From: Mobula birostris
Lineage: Eukaryota
Reading direction: 5' to 3'
Length of the DNA stretch: 64,000 nucleotides
Assembly (NCBI RefSeq): GCF_030028105.1
Contig: NC_092400.1
Coordinates: forward strand, 13,578,001-13,642,000
Each line of letters begins with the position of its first letter. Within the stretch, counting starts at the first letter, position 1. A model generated the notes under the pieces. That model was not told the origin of the DNA. It made no database searches and saw only the letters and a program-made list of their open reading frames with translations. Shown here piece by piece: positions 12,471-25,100 of the stretch. A program made the position numbers and the translations under genes.

Positions 12471-12934
12471 AAGTAATGAGTTGGACTGAGAGGTTATTAG
12501 TGTTTTTTTCTGGGGGGAGTGTGAAGTGGGTTGGTCGGCCAGTACTCCTGTTACCTTTCAAGAAGGAGGAAATAACATTACGTATGGAGAACAATTTGCT
12601 AAGGGGATACATTCTGATTTACTTGATGTAGAAATGTGAACCTGGAAGTTTAAATTTCTCCTTTACTTTTAGTTATTGTATTTACTTCCTGGTTTAAGTA
12701 CTGGGGTTTCAGACTGGAGCTATAGCATGGTTTTATTTTTTTAAGTCGTTTGAGCAAATTGAATATGTCAGCTGTTTCTACATTCGCGATAGATAGGTTC
12801 CCTGAGTTTATTTATGTCATGATAGGGAGAGTTTCTTGGGCGACTTCCTAATCTTCTGGCTAATTAACGCAGAGCGGTAACCGCAAACTGAAAGAGTGCT
12901 GATTCGAGTTCTTCTTTTAGACTGACCCACGGCA

Positions 12935-13132
12935 ATGAAGGCAGGCTGTGTTACTGTGATCGCCTGGCTTCTCTGGCTGAGGACTGCGAAGTGTTACGCA
13001 CCCCAGTCCCTGGGGACTCCCGATTCACATCGCTTTAAAAACGTTGCTGGAATAATTGAGCCCCGTTCGTCTGAAAATACTGTTAACACAAGCTCTCTTG
13101 GTCTGCTTGAAGCGACTAGTTGGTCAATTGAG
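12935..13132 (+). CDS. SLC8B1: SLC8B1 coding exon 1
   Basis: GCAATGA start. MKAGCVTVIAWLLWLRTAKC...SWSIE|gtacgt, phase 0, matches the next exon. Confidence 0.72.
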
Positions 13133-16100
13133 GTACGTCTTCTCTGTCTTGACCTAAATGTAATCTTGGGTACCCTGAAGTCTGTCTTTTAAATTTTATC
13201 TCTCTGCACTATTCTTTAATGGATTAATTTCGTGAGTTAGTAGGCAGCTTAATGTTTCCCCATCACTAGCTTGCATTTTCTCCATTCTGATTTTCATCAC
13301 CTAATTGAAGTTGGAAATGAGTTTTGATTTCTTACAAGCAATCGTGTAATTTTTTTTTAATATCCTCCCCTGTTAATGTAAGGAGCAGCCGTTTCCTCTG
13401 GTGTTGCTGGGTATGGTAGTGCTCTTCCCAAATTGGAAAAGATCACGAGGCTGTCACTTCAGCGAAGCAGTGAGGGTGTGCTTTTATAAAATGTCCCTTG
13501 AGTGGAGGCATTGAAAGTGCTATTTGCAGAGTGTGGGGAAGGGGGTGTCCTGCTCAATGCCCCCCACTACCCAGGCCATGCTCTCTTCTGCTTCTGACAT
13601 CTGGAAGGAGGTACAGGAGCCTTTGGTCCCAAACCGCCAGGTTCTGTAATGGTTATTACCCCCAACTATCAGGCTCCTGAACCAGCACGGAAAATTTCAT
13701 TCACCTCAACCCTGAACTGATTCCACAACTAATGGACTCGCGTTCAAGGACTCTACAACTCTTGTCCCAGGTATTATTTAATTTTAATATATGCAGCTTG
13801 TTTTCTTGTGCACATACAGGTACTGAGTCTAATGTATTCTACTGTGAATACCTGCAAGAAGATGAATCTCTGGGTGCCATATCTGTGAACTTTGAACTTT
13901 ATGCTAGTCAGCATTTCCGTCTTTCCATGTTAACTTTGTGGGAGTAGAGGATTTAATCTAATATTGGGGGTAAGGTGAATAATTTAGCCTAAAGCACTGA
14001 TTAAACTTTGTTTTCTTAATCCTCACAATTAGTAACCAGGTCAATTATTGGCACTAATTGAACTATTAAACCATTTTATCTAAAGCCAGTGGTGGGCAGA
14101 CAGCAGTATACCACTAATGTTCACAAAGATTTGAATTTTGTAAGCATCCTGGTTGAATACTGTCAAAACACTCTTCTCTTGGTCGTGATTTTTGCGCCAC
14201 TCTTTGCAGATGTCCTAGACTGTTCAGTTCTTGATGACCATAAATATTCCAAGCTCCACTGTTTAGTGAGTCAAACTATAAACAAGTTGATTTCCTCTTG
14301 AAGTAATGAGATAACTTGTTAGGCCTGGTTCTGTAAAAGTGTTTTTAGCTGCTTGTTATCTGTCTACAAAAAAAAAGTTTGCCAGTTACTAAGCAGCAGC
14401 CTCATTCCAGTAATATTCCTTCATTAATGAGCAGCATATTAAAACAAAAAGTCCTTCTGTAACCACACCCCTTGGCTGGCTGAACTTTGCAGCTGTGTTA
14501 TGTTACTTTGCTCTGGTTGTACAGAGGGTAGTGCTGCTGGTTCACAGCTCCAGCGACTTTGGTTTGACCCTGAGCTTAGTGCTGTGTATTTTCTCCAAGT
14601 TCTCCCCATTCCCCTCACCTCCTTAAAAACTTGTATGGTTAATTAGCTACTGTAATCATTGGATTTGGGTTGGAGTTGATTGGCATTTATATCAAATTAA
14701 TTAGCGTGCTGGTTTCCTAGTTTAAGCAATCTGATTAACGTGTAGGCAGCTGGCTATATTAATTATGCTAAAGTAAGGAATGTCAAAACTAAATTGCATG
14801 GCATCCCAAAGTATCAGCAGGAAAGTTTTTTTTCCCCTTGCAAGTTTTAGTACTTCAATATCTGCTAGGAGTTATCCAAAATTTATGTACAGCGTATTTT
14901 TTAAAATCTTAATTGGTATCATTTCTATTAGAGTCTTGATCTGAATGTCCCGTTTAGTTAAAAATGACCATTTTGTTGCATTTTTCTTAGCCTCTGGACA
15001 TTGACTGAAAACTATTTTCAATGAAGTGAAGTCTGGCAGTCAACTTTCACACAGCAAAGTCCCTCAGACTGGACTAAACCTGAACAGGATATATCAGCTG
15101 GTTGAAGACCACCCAATGCTTCTCACCTCTTTGAATGTTGTTTCATCTCCTGGATATGGGGGGACCTCATAGAAACATTTCAAATGTTGAAAGGCATGGA
15201 CAGAGTAGATGTGGCAAAGTTGTTTCCCATGATGGGGGAGTCTAGTACGAGAGGGTATGACTTAAGGATTGAAGGGCGCCCAGTCAGAACAGAAATGCGA
15301 AGAAATTTTTTTAGTCAGAGGGTGGTGAATCTATGGAATTTGTTGCCACGGGCAGCAGTGGAGGCCAAGTCATTGGGTGTATTTAAGGCAGAGATTGATA
15401 GGTATCTGAGTAGCCAGGGCATCAAAGGTTATGGTGAGAAGGCAGGGGAGTGGGACTAAATGGGAGAATGGATCAGCTCATGATAAAATGGCGGAGCAGA
15501 CTCGATGGGCCAAATGGTTGACTTCTGCTCCTTGGTCTTATGGTTTTATGGTCTTATGAATGTGAAAATTCACCTTCATCCCCCGATTGCTGCACAGTAG
15601 TGACTTGCTGAAAGTACTTGGAGTGAAAATTCTCACTGGTGCAGGAATATGATAATAAAATGGATGCATTTTGAGCAAACTTAAATTTGACCAGAACACA
15701 TGTTATGCGTCATCTTTAAGGAGTTCAGCAAACTCTCTTGTCTTGCTCTTTGGGGAGGCAGAAAAACAAATCCAAACTCAAATCCTGTTGTCTGAGCACA
15801 ATGATTTGTAAAGTGGAGACTTTCAATATGGACAATATTTAACTTAAACGTATATAAGAGTTGCTAACTTCTCTCTGATATTGTTAAGATGCCCCTATCT
15901 TTTTAGCAACATGGTCGGCAGTCAAAGTTGACAGCAACGATGCATACATCAAGATGTTCAGCATTTAACCCATCGTATAGATATTATTGCAAAGAAAGCA
16001 TGACCATGCCTCTATTTCCTCAGGAGTCTGGGGAGGTTTGGCACGTCAGCAAAAAAGCTTGGTGAACTTCTATAGATGTGAGGTGGAAAGTGTGCTGACT

Positions 16101-19100
16101 GGCTGCATTATGGCCTGCTATGGGAACACCGATGCTTTTGAGTGGAAAATCCTACAAATGGTAGTGGATTTGGACCAGTATCTCACGGCTTAAACCCTCC
16201 CAACCATTGAGTGCATCTACATGAAACATTGCCAAAGAAAAGCAGCATCCATCATCAAAGATCCTCACCACCCAGACCATGCGGTGGTGCCATCAGAGGG
16301 TACAGGTGCCTCAGGACTGGCAGTGCCAGGTTCAAGAACGGTTACTACCCCTCAACCATTAGGCTCTTGAACAAAAAGGGATAACTACATGTTATTTCAT
16401 GCTCATTATTTATTGCTATTAATTTATATCTGCATTTGCAGCTTGTTTATAGTTCCTGATGTTTACAGTTGAGTTACTGTTCTATAGATTTGTTAAGTGT
16501 GCCCACAGAAAAAGAATCTCAGGGTTGTATGTGATGACATGCATGTACTCTGAAAATAAATTTTACTGTGAGCTTTGAACATTTAGAAAGCATTGAGCAA
16601 TAGAATGAATGTTTTTAAGAATATAATGTTGAATAGAACTGAAGCTGCTAACTTATTTGCTGTCTTTTCTAGTGTCATAATGTAGTGCAGCTGAATGGGT
16701 CCCAGTGGTGTTCATTTGTAAAAACTACTGAAGACTGCAAAATTGGAAGTGGCTTTATTGACTACCTCAAAGGCGCTGTTTGTGGGTTTTACCATAATCT
16801 GCTACCGCTGGCTATCATTCTTTATGTAAGTATTGGCTATTTTGATTAAACGGATTAAATATGAAAATCTTTGTTAAAATATGGAAGTCCCAAATGTGTT
16901 AAATGTTCTTGGCTATCAGTTTTCTGCCTATGCTTTAATTTCTGTTTTTGGTTTCTATTTGCATAAAGTCCAGGGACAAACTCCAAACCTGACAAATTCC
17001 TCCTGCACATGTACTAGTAATCTGCTTTCTGGTTGGGCCTGGAGCATTTACAATTGAGTATTGTTGAATGGAGAGAAGTGGCTGTGGGTTCTAAGGTGCT
17101 CGTTGAAGTTTAACTTTTAAGCCTTTCCTTCTTTCGTTCTTTAATTTTGAAAGTACACATCAATGTACTGTAGTCATAGCCTGATCTTCAGACGGAAGTT
17201 TTGGGAGGAGGGAGCTATTCCCTGTGAAAGGCATCCGTTAGTCTTGCGAGACCATGGATCTGCGCCTGGAAAGTCTTCACTCTCCAGGGCGTAGGCCTGG
17301 GCAAGATTGTATGGAAGACCAGCAGTTGCCCATGCTGCAAGTCTCCCCTCTCCACGACACCAATGTTGTCCAAGGGAAGGGCATCAGGACCCATACAGCC
17401 TGGCACCAGTGTCGTCGCAGAGCAATGTGTGATTAAGTGCCTTGCTCAAGGACACAGCACGTTCCCTCGGCTGGGGCTCGAACTCATGACCTTCAGGTCG
17501 CTAGTCCAATGCCTTAACCACTTGGCCACGTGCTGAATTTTAAAAAAGAAGAAAAAAATGCAGTTTCCATCAATAGGTGTACCATTGCTGTGTGTCACCT
17601 CAACTACCTTTCAGTCCCCCAATCTGAACTTGAGCCTTGAGAACATAAATAACGTGCCTCATGTCTACCCCTCGAACTCACCTTAAACTTGTACCCTCCA
17701 GCATTTGATTGGACGTCATCATAGAGGAGGATGAGCTCGGACTATCTCGTTGATGCCTTTCATAATTTTGTAATCTTCTACCAGGCTTTCAATGCTGCAA
17801 CAAAAAAGGAATCCGAGTTTGTCTAACTTGTAATTGATACAGCCCAATCCATCTGATATACTGGTGAACCTCTTCTGCACCCTTTCCAAAGCCTTTACAT
17901 CCTCCTTGTAATGTAGAAACCAGAGCTGCACACATGGCTTGACTAAAGTTTTAAAGAGCCGCAATGTGAGTCCTTTTGTTACCACCCTATCCACTTGTTG
18001 CCACCTTCAGGGAGTTATAGATGTGCACCCCAAGATTATTCTGTATACCAGTGCTCTGATGGATCCTATCTTGTCCTGTATACATTCCTGTTGCATTTGA
18101 CCTCCAAAATGCATTGCATTACTCTTGTCTACAGTAAACTCCGCCTGCCATTTCTTTGCCCAAATTTCCAACTGGTCAATATCCTGGTATATCCTTTGGC
18201 ACCTTCGTCAACACACAGTTTCTTGTCACGTTGCTGATCAGACCACTTGCATTTTTCATCTAACCGAGAGGTACCAATCCTTGTGGAACACCTCAGGGGT
18301 CCCTTTACAGAGGGATGGCGGGGAGAGGGTGGAGTCCTCTGTCACTGCACTGTCTATTCAGTGTTGAGCAGATTTTGGATTCCGTTTCCTAACTTGTGGA
18401 TCCACCCCATCTTGATGAATACTGCCATAAAGTATTCTTTAAGGATATCACCCACCTTCACTAGTTCCAAACACAAATTCTCTCCTTTGACATTGAATAG
18501 ACACATTCTTTCCCCAGATTTGCTCCCAGTATGTTTAAAATGCCTTGGGGTTCTCTTTGAACCTCCTTGCCAAGAATATTTCATGGTCCCAATCAGCTCT
18601 CATAATTCTTGGTATAATTTCTTTCCTGCTTCTATATTCCTCAAGTGCCTTGTCTGATGTTTAGGTTCAACATAAGCCTTCTAAATGCTTCCTTTTTCTT
18701 TTTGCTGGAACTTGCAATATATCTTTTCATCCAATGTTCTCAAACCTTATCAGTCTACCCTTCATCCTCCCAGAATAAGCTGGTCCTGAACTCTGGCAAC
18801 TAGCTTTTAAAGGACTCCCAAATGTTGGAGGTACTTTTACTCTAAAAAGGCCGCTCCCAATCTATTTCTCCACTTCCTGCCCGATATTATAATAATACTC
18901 CCTCCACTCACCCACCACCAGTTTAGCACTTTCGCCAGAAGACTGGACTTATCCTTCAAAAAACTATCTTCAAAATGTTTTTGAAGTTGTGCTCTCTGAA
19001 CAGAAATCTCTCCCACTGAACATCCAATCATCTGGCCAGAGATTTCCCAGTACAAAGACAAGTATGGCTTCTTCCCTGATTGAACTAATGAAATATTGTT

Positions 19101-22100
19101 TCAGAAACAGTTGTGATATAGCCTAAATTCTGAGCCGGCTAAGCCCCCGATACAAAGGGAGGCCCAATTAATATCAGGATAATTAAAATCCCTCATTACG
19201 CTAACATTGTTGGTTTTAAATCTTTTCACGAACTGCCTGCATGCATATTTGCTCCTCGGGCTTTTGGGAGACCTTCAGTATAATCCCTTCACTGTGATTG
19301 CACTTTTTTAAAATTCCTGGCGTCTACCCATGTGTTCTTGCTGGATGAGCCCTGCACTGCATCTTTTCTCATTGCAACTGTAGCATTCTCCCTAATCAAT
19401 GACACAACTCAGCTATCATATCTGCATCTACTCTACTCTAAAATATTGAGCTGCTAATTCTGCCCTTCCCTCAATCTTTTTATCTGTAATACCCAGAACA
19501 TGTGCTAAACCAGACTCCATTCTCATCTGCTTTTTCTAAATAAGGACACTTTAGATTGTCATTCCCAAAGTTTTCCTTGACTTGCCTCTTGTCTGCTCTT
19601 CCTAGTAGACTTGACCTAACCTCTACCTCCCCCTCAATCCTTCCACTTGGTGATTCACAGCCTGGTTCCGACCCAGCTCTACGCCAGTTTAAACCCTCCC
19701 AAGTACCACTAGCAAAGCTCACTGCAACAATGTTGATGCCCCTCCAGTTTGGGTGCAGAGTGTGCTTGAACAAGTCATCTCCTTGCCTTGGAATGAATCC
19801 CAATGATCCAGGTATCCGAAGCACTCCTTGCATTTTCTTATTTCTGCCCTTGCTAGCAGCAATCTTTTCAAAATACAGTATTTAAAAGCTGTATCTTTAA
19901 TCCACTTTGCTATGGGTTTTGTGCTCTCCTTGCTGCTTTCTCCCCCTAATTTGAGCTCCAATAACTCTTGGCTAATTGTACTCAGTTTCTTTTTAAGGCC
20001 TCAACTGTTAATTTGTATTGTACAGAAAATGCTGGAGGAACTCAGCAGGTCAGGCAGCATCTATGGAATGAACAGCAAGTTGATTTATTTCAGGCTGAGA
20101 CTCCTCTTCAGTCCTGATGAAAGGCCTTTGAAAGGTCGACTGTTTACTCTTGCCATAGATGCTGCCTGACCTGCTGAGTTCCTCCAGCATTTTGTATGTG
20201 TGGCTTTGGTTTCCAGCATCTGCAGAACTTCTTGTGTTTATGATCTGTATTGTGTTCGTGGGCATTGCCCCTTAATCAGTAAATTGAATTATGAACAGAT
20301 ATTTCTTGGATTGATACAGTAGTTCACACTTTCTAAAAATGGCTGCCTAACCTTAATCTCATCTTGTGAAGATTATTTTCAATGATCACACATGGTTTAG
20401 ATGCATGCTGCGTGAAAAATAGCAGATCAGTCGTTACTGTGAGTCTTAATGCACAAATTTGTGATGTTCAGAAATATCCCAATAGTGAATTTATCAGTTA
20501 ATACGGCTGTTTAATGTACAATTATCATGAACTGATCTTGCTGTTGATTATGTGATTTGCTGTGTACAATCACTTGTAGCTGTGTGGGTTTGCAAGATTT
20601 ACATTAGAACCTTGTCGGTTCGATTTAGAGTGGCATAGAAACTATTTAAACCACTTCTGCTTCCTTTTCACATTGTGTTATCGTCAATGCACTCTTCTCA
20701 TAACCTATTTTAGAGAAGTATTAAACCAATTTTTCTTGGCTTTGTACTAGTGCCAGTGAACAAAATACATGGGTTGTAAAATAGGCTAAAATGCGGCTGA
20801 TGGTATTAATTTGTTCTGGGCTATGGATTTGAATTTCTACTAATGTTTGATATCAAATTGTAAGACATTTAAATGAAGGCACTGAATGAAGCACTCTACT
20901 GATTAACATCATTTATACTTTACACAGGCTGTTTGGTTGTTCTACCTATTCATGTTCCTTGGAATAACAGCTGAAAAATTGTAAGTTTTGTCTTTCGGCA
21001 TTTAATCTTGAATCTTTCACTGACACTTGCCTACTAAGTTCTCAAAGTAACTGTCAGTTTTGTGCTCTATATTATTGAAATTGATTCTGAATTGTGTCTT
21101 TAGTGGTGTTCACGCTTCATTTTCTGGTAAAACTTTACTTTCCCATCCCTTTTAAAAATAAAGATGCAAATGTAGCATAGTTGAAGACAATTAACTGAAG
21201 TGAGGTATCAGAAGCTACTTGGACTTCAAAGTAGAGATGTCCCTCCAGCCCAAAGCAAGTTACCACTGCACAGTATTTCCAGGCTCCAGCATATGAAGGA
21301 CAAAGTTCTTTATGTTAGAAAAAGGTACTTGCCCTGTGTTCTGAAACTTGTGGCAGTGAGTTGTTAGCCAATTATTCTAGATTTTGGTGAGATTGCAATC
21401 CATTTCCTTCACAATGCGTTTGTCTGTTCTGCAGCCCCAAATGCTAAAGTGATTGAAGTAAAGGGGGAGCTGAATATTTCTGCTGACGCACTCTGTCTCT
21501 CCCTGACCTTCAGCAATAAAGTGATAAAATGTGTAATCATACCATTCTGTATTTGGCATTTTCATCAGTCTTTCTGTGCTCTCCAAATATTCTGATTATA
21601 AATAAATTGAAAGTTGTTTTTCTTGGAATATTCTTGAAGTTAAATCCAGAGTGACTGGCACCATAACTTTTCTGTAGTTAGTTGGCACATAACAGCAAGT
21701 GCTATTTAATGAAAGTATAGATTCTCCCATTTTCCCATACACTAGCAATTTTTCAATGTTATGATCATAAATATCAAGTCTAATTATTTTGCTTCTCCAG
21801 CTTTTGTCCAAACCTGGCTGCCATATCTACAAGTTTAAAGTTGTCACATAATGTGGCAGTATCCTTTATGCCTTGAATATATTTAATGAGTGATAATTGG
21901 TTGTATTGGGTGAGCGCAATCTTTGAATGGCATGTTAAGCTAGAACTAATTTTTGTGTTCTAGCTGGTAATGTTGTCACACCTACACATCTAGATATTTG
22001 CATTTGTATAAAGGAAACAACCTGACAGAATGAATGGTCTCAAAATAGAGTTTATATTTGGGGTTCAAAATATCAATATTACCTGGTTCTTGGCTCAGAT

Positions 22101-25100
22101 TTGATTTGAGGTTTTTGCTGTTTTTTTTTAAATTGTTCTTTCACTGGAGCAGCGTAGGGTTGACAGAAGTACATTGTTCAATACTGCTTTGCACTTGAGG
22201 AAGGATATGTGCTTCCATCTTGAATTTCAGTCTGTGGCAAATGTTTTCAAGAATAATGTTGGGGAGGAAGTTCTAGGGTCAAAGAAACTTTTGAGCTCGT
22301 GTGTGACTTGGGCAGATGTTTAATAGTGTCTTTTTGTTCTTTTGGTTGGTTAAGTTGAGTTTGCCAATTGTTCTGCATGTTTTAGATGCTGCACTAGAGT
22401 AATTATTTAGGGTTGTATTGTCAGCTTTGTTACAGCAATTTCCATGTTTTCTAGGCAGGTTTCAAGAAATCCATTGCACTCCCAGTTGGTCTTTGTGACG
22501 GGTGCGAAGGCTTGGGTATTATACTTTCTCTGAAGAATATGCACTTCTGGCTGTGATTGCCATTTTGAAATCAGAATCAGGTTTATTATCACCCACATGT
22601 GTCGTGAAATTTATTAACTTAGCAGCAGCAGTTCAATGCACTACATAATATCGAAGACAAAAAAATAAATCAATTTACAGTATACAGTATATATATCGAA
22701 TAGATTAAAATCTTGCAGCAAAACAGAAATAATATGTATTATAAAAAATGACCTAGTGTCCAAAGATTCAATGTCCATTCAGGAATCGATGGCAGAGGGG
22801 AAGAAGCTGTTCCTGAATCGCTGTGTGTGTGCCTTCAGGCTTCTGTACCGCCTTCGTGATGGTAACAGTGAGAAAAGGGCATGCCCTGGGTGCTGAAGGT
22901 CCTTGATAATGGACGCTGCCTTTCTGAGACACTGCTCCCTAAGGATGTCCTGGGTACTTTGTAGGCTAGTACCCAAGATGGAGCTGACTAAATTTACAAT
23001 CCTCTGCAGCTTCTTTCAGCCCATGCAGTAGTTAACCCCCCCTCTTTTTGTCTTACTGATGTTGGGTGCCAGGTTGTTGCTGCAACACCACTCCACTGGT
23101 TGGCATATCTTGTCTGTGACTGAGCGGTCTGTGGATTGGTGATAACATATCCTTTTCCCTGACGATCAACACTGGCGCACCTCGGGTGTGTGCTTAGCCC
23201 ACTGCTCTACTCTCTGTATACACATGACTGTGTGGCTATGCATAGCTCAAACACCATCTATATATTTGCTGATGATACAATCATTGTTGATAGAATCTCA
23301 GGTGGTGATGAGAGGGCATACAGGAGTGAGATATGCCAACTAGTGGATTGGTGCTACAGCAACAACCTGGCACTCAGCATCAGTAAGATTAAAGAGCTGG
23401 TTGTGGACTTCAGGAAGGGTAAGACAAAGGAACACATACCAATCCTCATAGGGGAATCAGGAAGTAGAGAGAGTGAGCAGCTTCAAGTTCCTGGGTGTCA
23501 AGATCTCTGAGGATCTAACCTGGTCCCAACACATTGATGTAGTCATAAAGAAGGCAAGACAGTGGCTATACTTTATTAGGAGTTTGAAGTGATTTGGCAT
23601 GTCAACAAACACACTCAAACTTCTATAGTTGTACAGTGGAGAGCATTCTGACAGGCTGCATCACTGTCTGGTATGGAGGGGCTACTGCACAGGACCAAAA
23701 GAAGCTGCAGAAGGTTGTGAATCTAGTCAGCTCCATCTTGAGCACTAGCCTACAAAGTACCCAGGACATCTTCAGGGAGCGGTGTCTCAGAAAGGTAGCA
23801 TCCATTATTAAGGATCTCCCGCACCCAGGGCATGCCCTTTTCTCACTGTTACCATCAGGAAGGAGATATAGAAGCCTGAAGGCACACACTCAGCGATTCA
23901 GGAACAGCTTCTTCCCCTCTGCCATCGATTCCTGAATGGACATTGAAGCTTTGGACACTACCTCACTTTTTTTTTTAATATACAGTATTTATTTTTGCAC
24001 ATTTTAAAATAATCTATTCAATAAATGTAATTGATTTACTTTTATTTTATTTATTATTATTTTTATTTCTCTCTGCTAGATTATGTATTGCATTGAACTG
24101 CTGCTGCTAAGTTAACAAATTTCACATCACATGCCCCTGATGATAAAATCTGATTCTGATCCGGTTAAGTTTCTGTTTAACTACTTTACTCCCACTCTGC
24201 CACACAACAGTCTCTTAAGATACGGGTTTCCTATTGAGTATCACAGGGTAGGTATTTAGATTATGAACTATCTTGCTCATGGTATGCACCACGTATCCAG
24301 TTTAGCCCTAATCTTGTAAGGGGGCATGAAATGATCCATCTGTCTGGAGTTGCAAATGTTGGCTATGTGAGCGGGAGAAGGGGCATTGTCATGAAGCTGA
24401 GATGACCGGCTTTCAAACACAAGCTCCCTTTGTGCAAGTCCAGCCAGGGGGAGGATGCTTCGCTCAGTTCCCAATGCCCTCATTCAAATATTTCCTTAAT
24501 CCTGAAGGTATTGAATTTCACATTGCTCAGTATTTTGTACCAAGCTAGCGATCTGAAATGGAGCTGGCCCTACCCAGAAGGCAGGTTTGAGAAGCATGTT
24601 AACATCAAAAGGTATTGGCACACGCCGAACCCTTCCAACAGAATTGTCACTTGTATTGGCCATATCCCCCGATTTATTTATTTATTTTTGGGGTGTACAG
24701 GAAAGGTATCAAATGCCATTGCTTCAGCTAAAATGGAACAACTTGGCTAAAGGCTTTAACCTTGCAGCAGGATGCTTTCCTGCCCAGTGATACAAGGCAT
24801 TTTATCAAAGTTAAAGTAAATTATTATTAGGTATGTACAGTATGTGTCACCATATACTACCTTGAGATTCATTTTCTTGCCAGCATTTACAGAAATGCCA
24901 TAGAATTTTTGAAAAACTAGACAAATAAACTGGTAAACTACCAACATGCAAAAGAAGACTTTTACACACTCTCTTTGCAGAAATGGTTAAGTGGAACATA
25001 TTTACCATGGGTGAGGAATTGAAAACTATTAAATTGCATGAAGTATGACATCCTCTTGATTATTTTGGCTCTTCTGCCTCCCCATTTTTTTTTTTTTTTT

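Noticed and set aside
14991-15120. Possible extra SLC8B1 exon after a good ttttcttag acceptor
   Set aside because: The required phase-0 frame hits TGA after 5 codons and no convincing donor follows.
17460-17533. tRNA gene-like sequences (also ~33510-33578 and ~52215-52280)
   Set aside because: They are SINE heads joined to SINE bodies and present in several copies.
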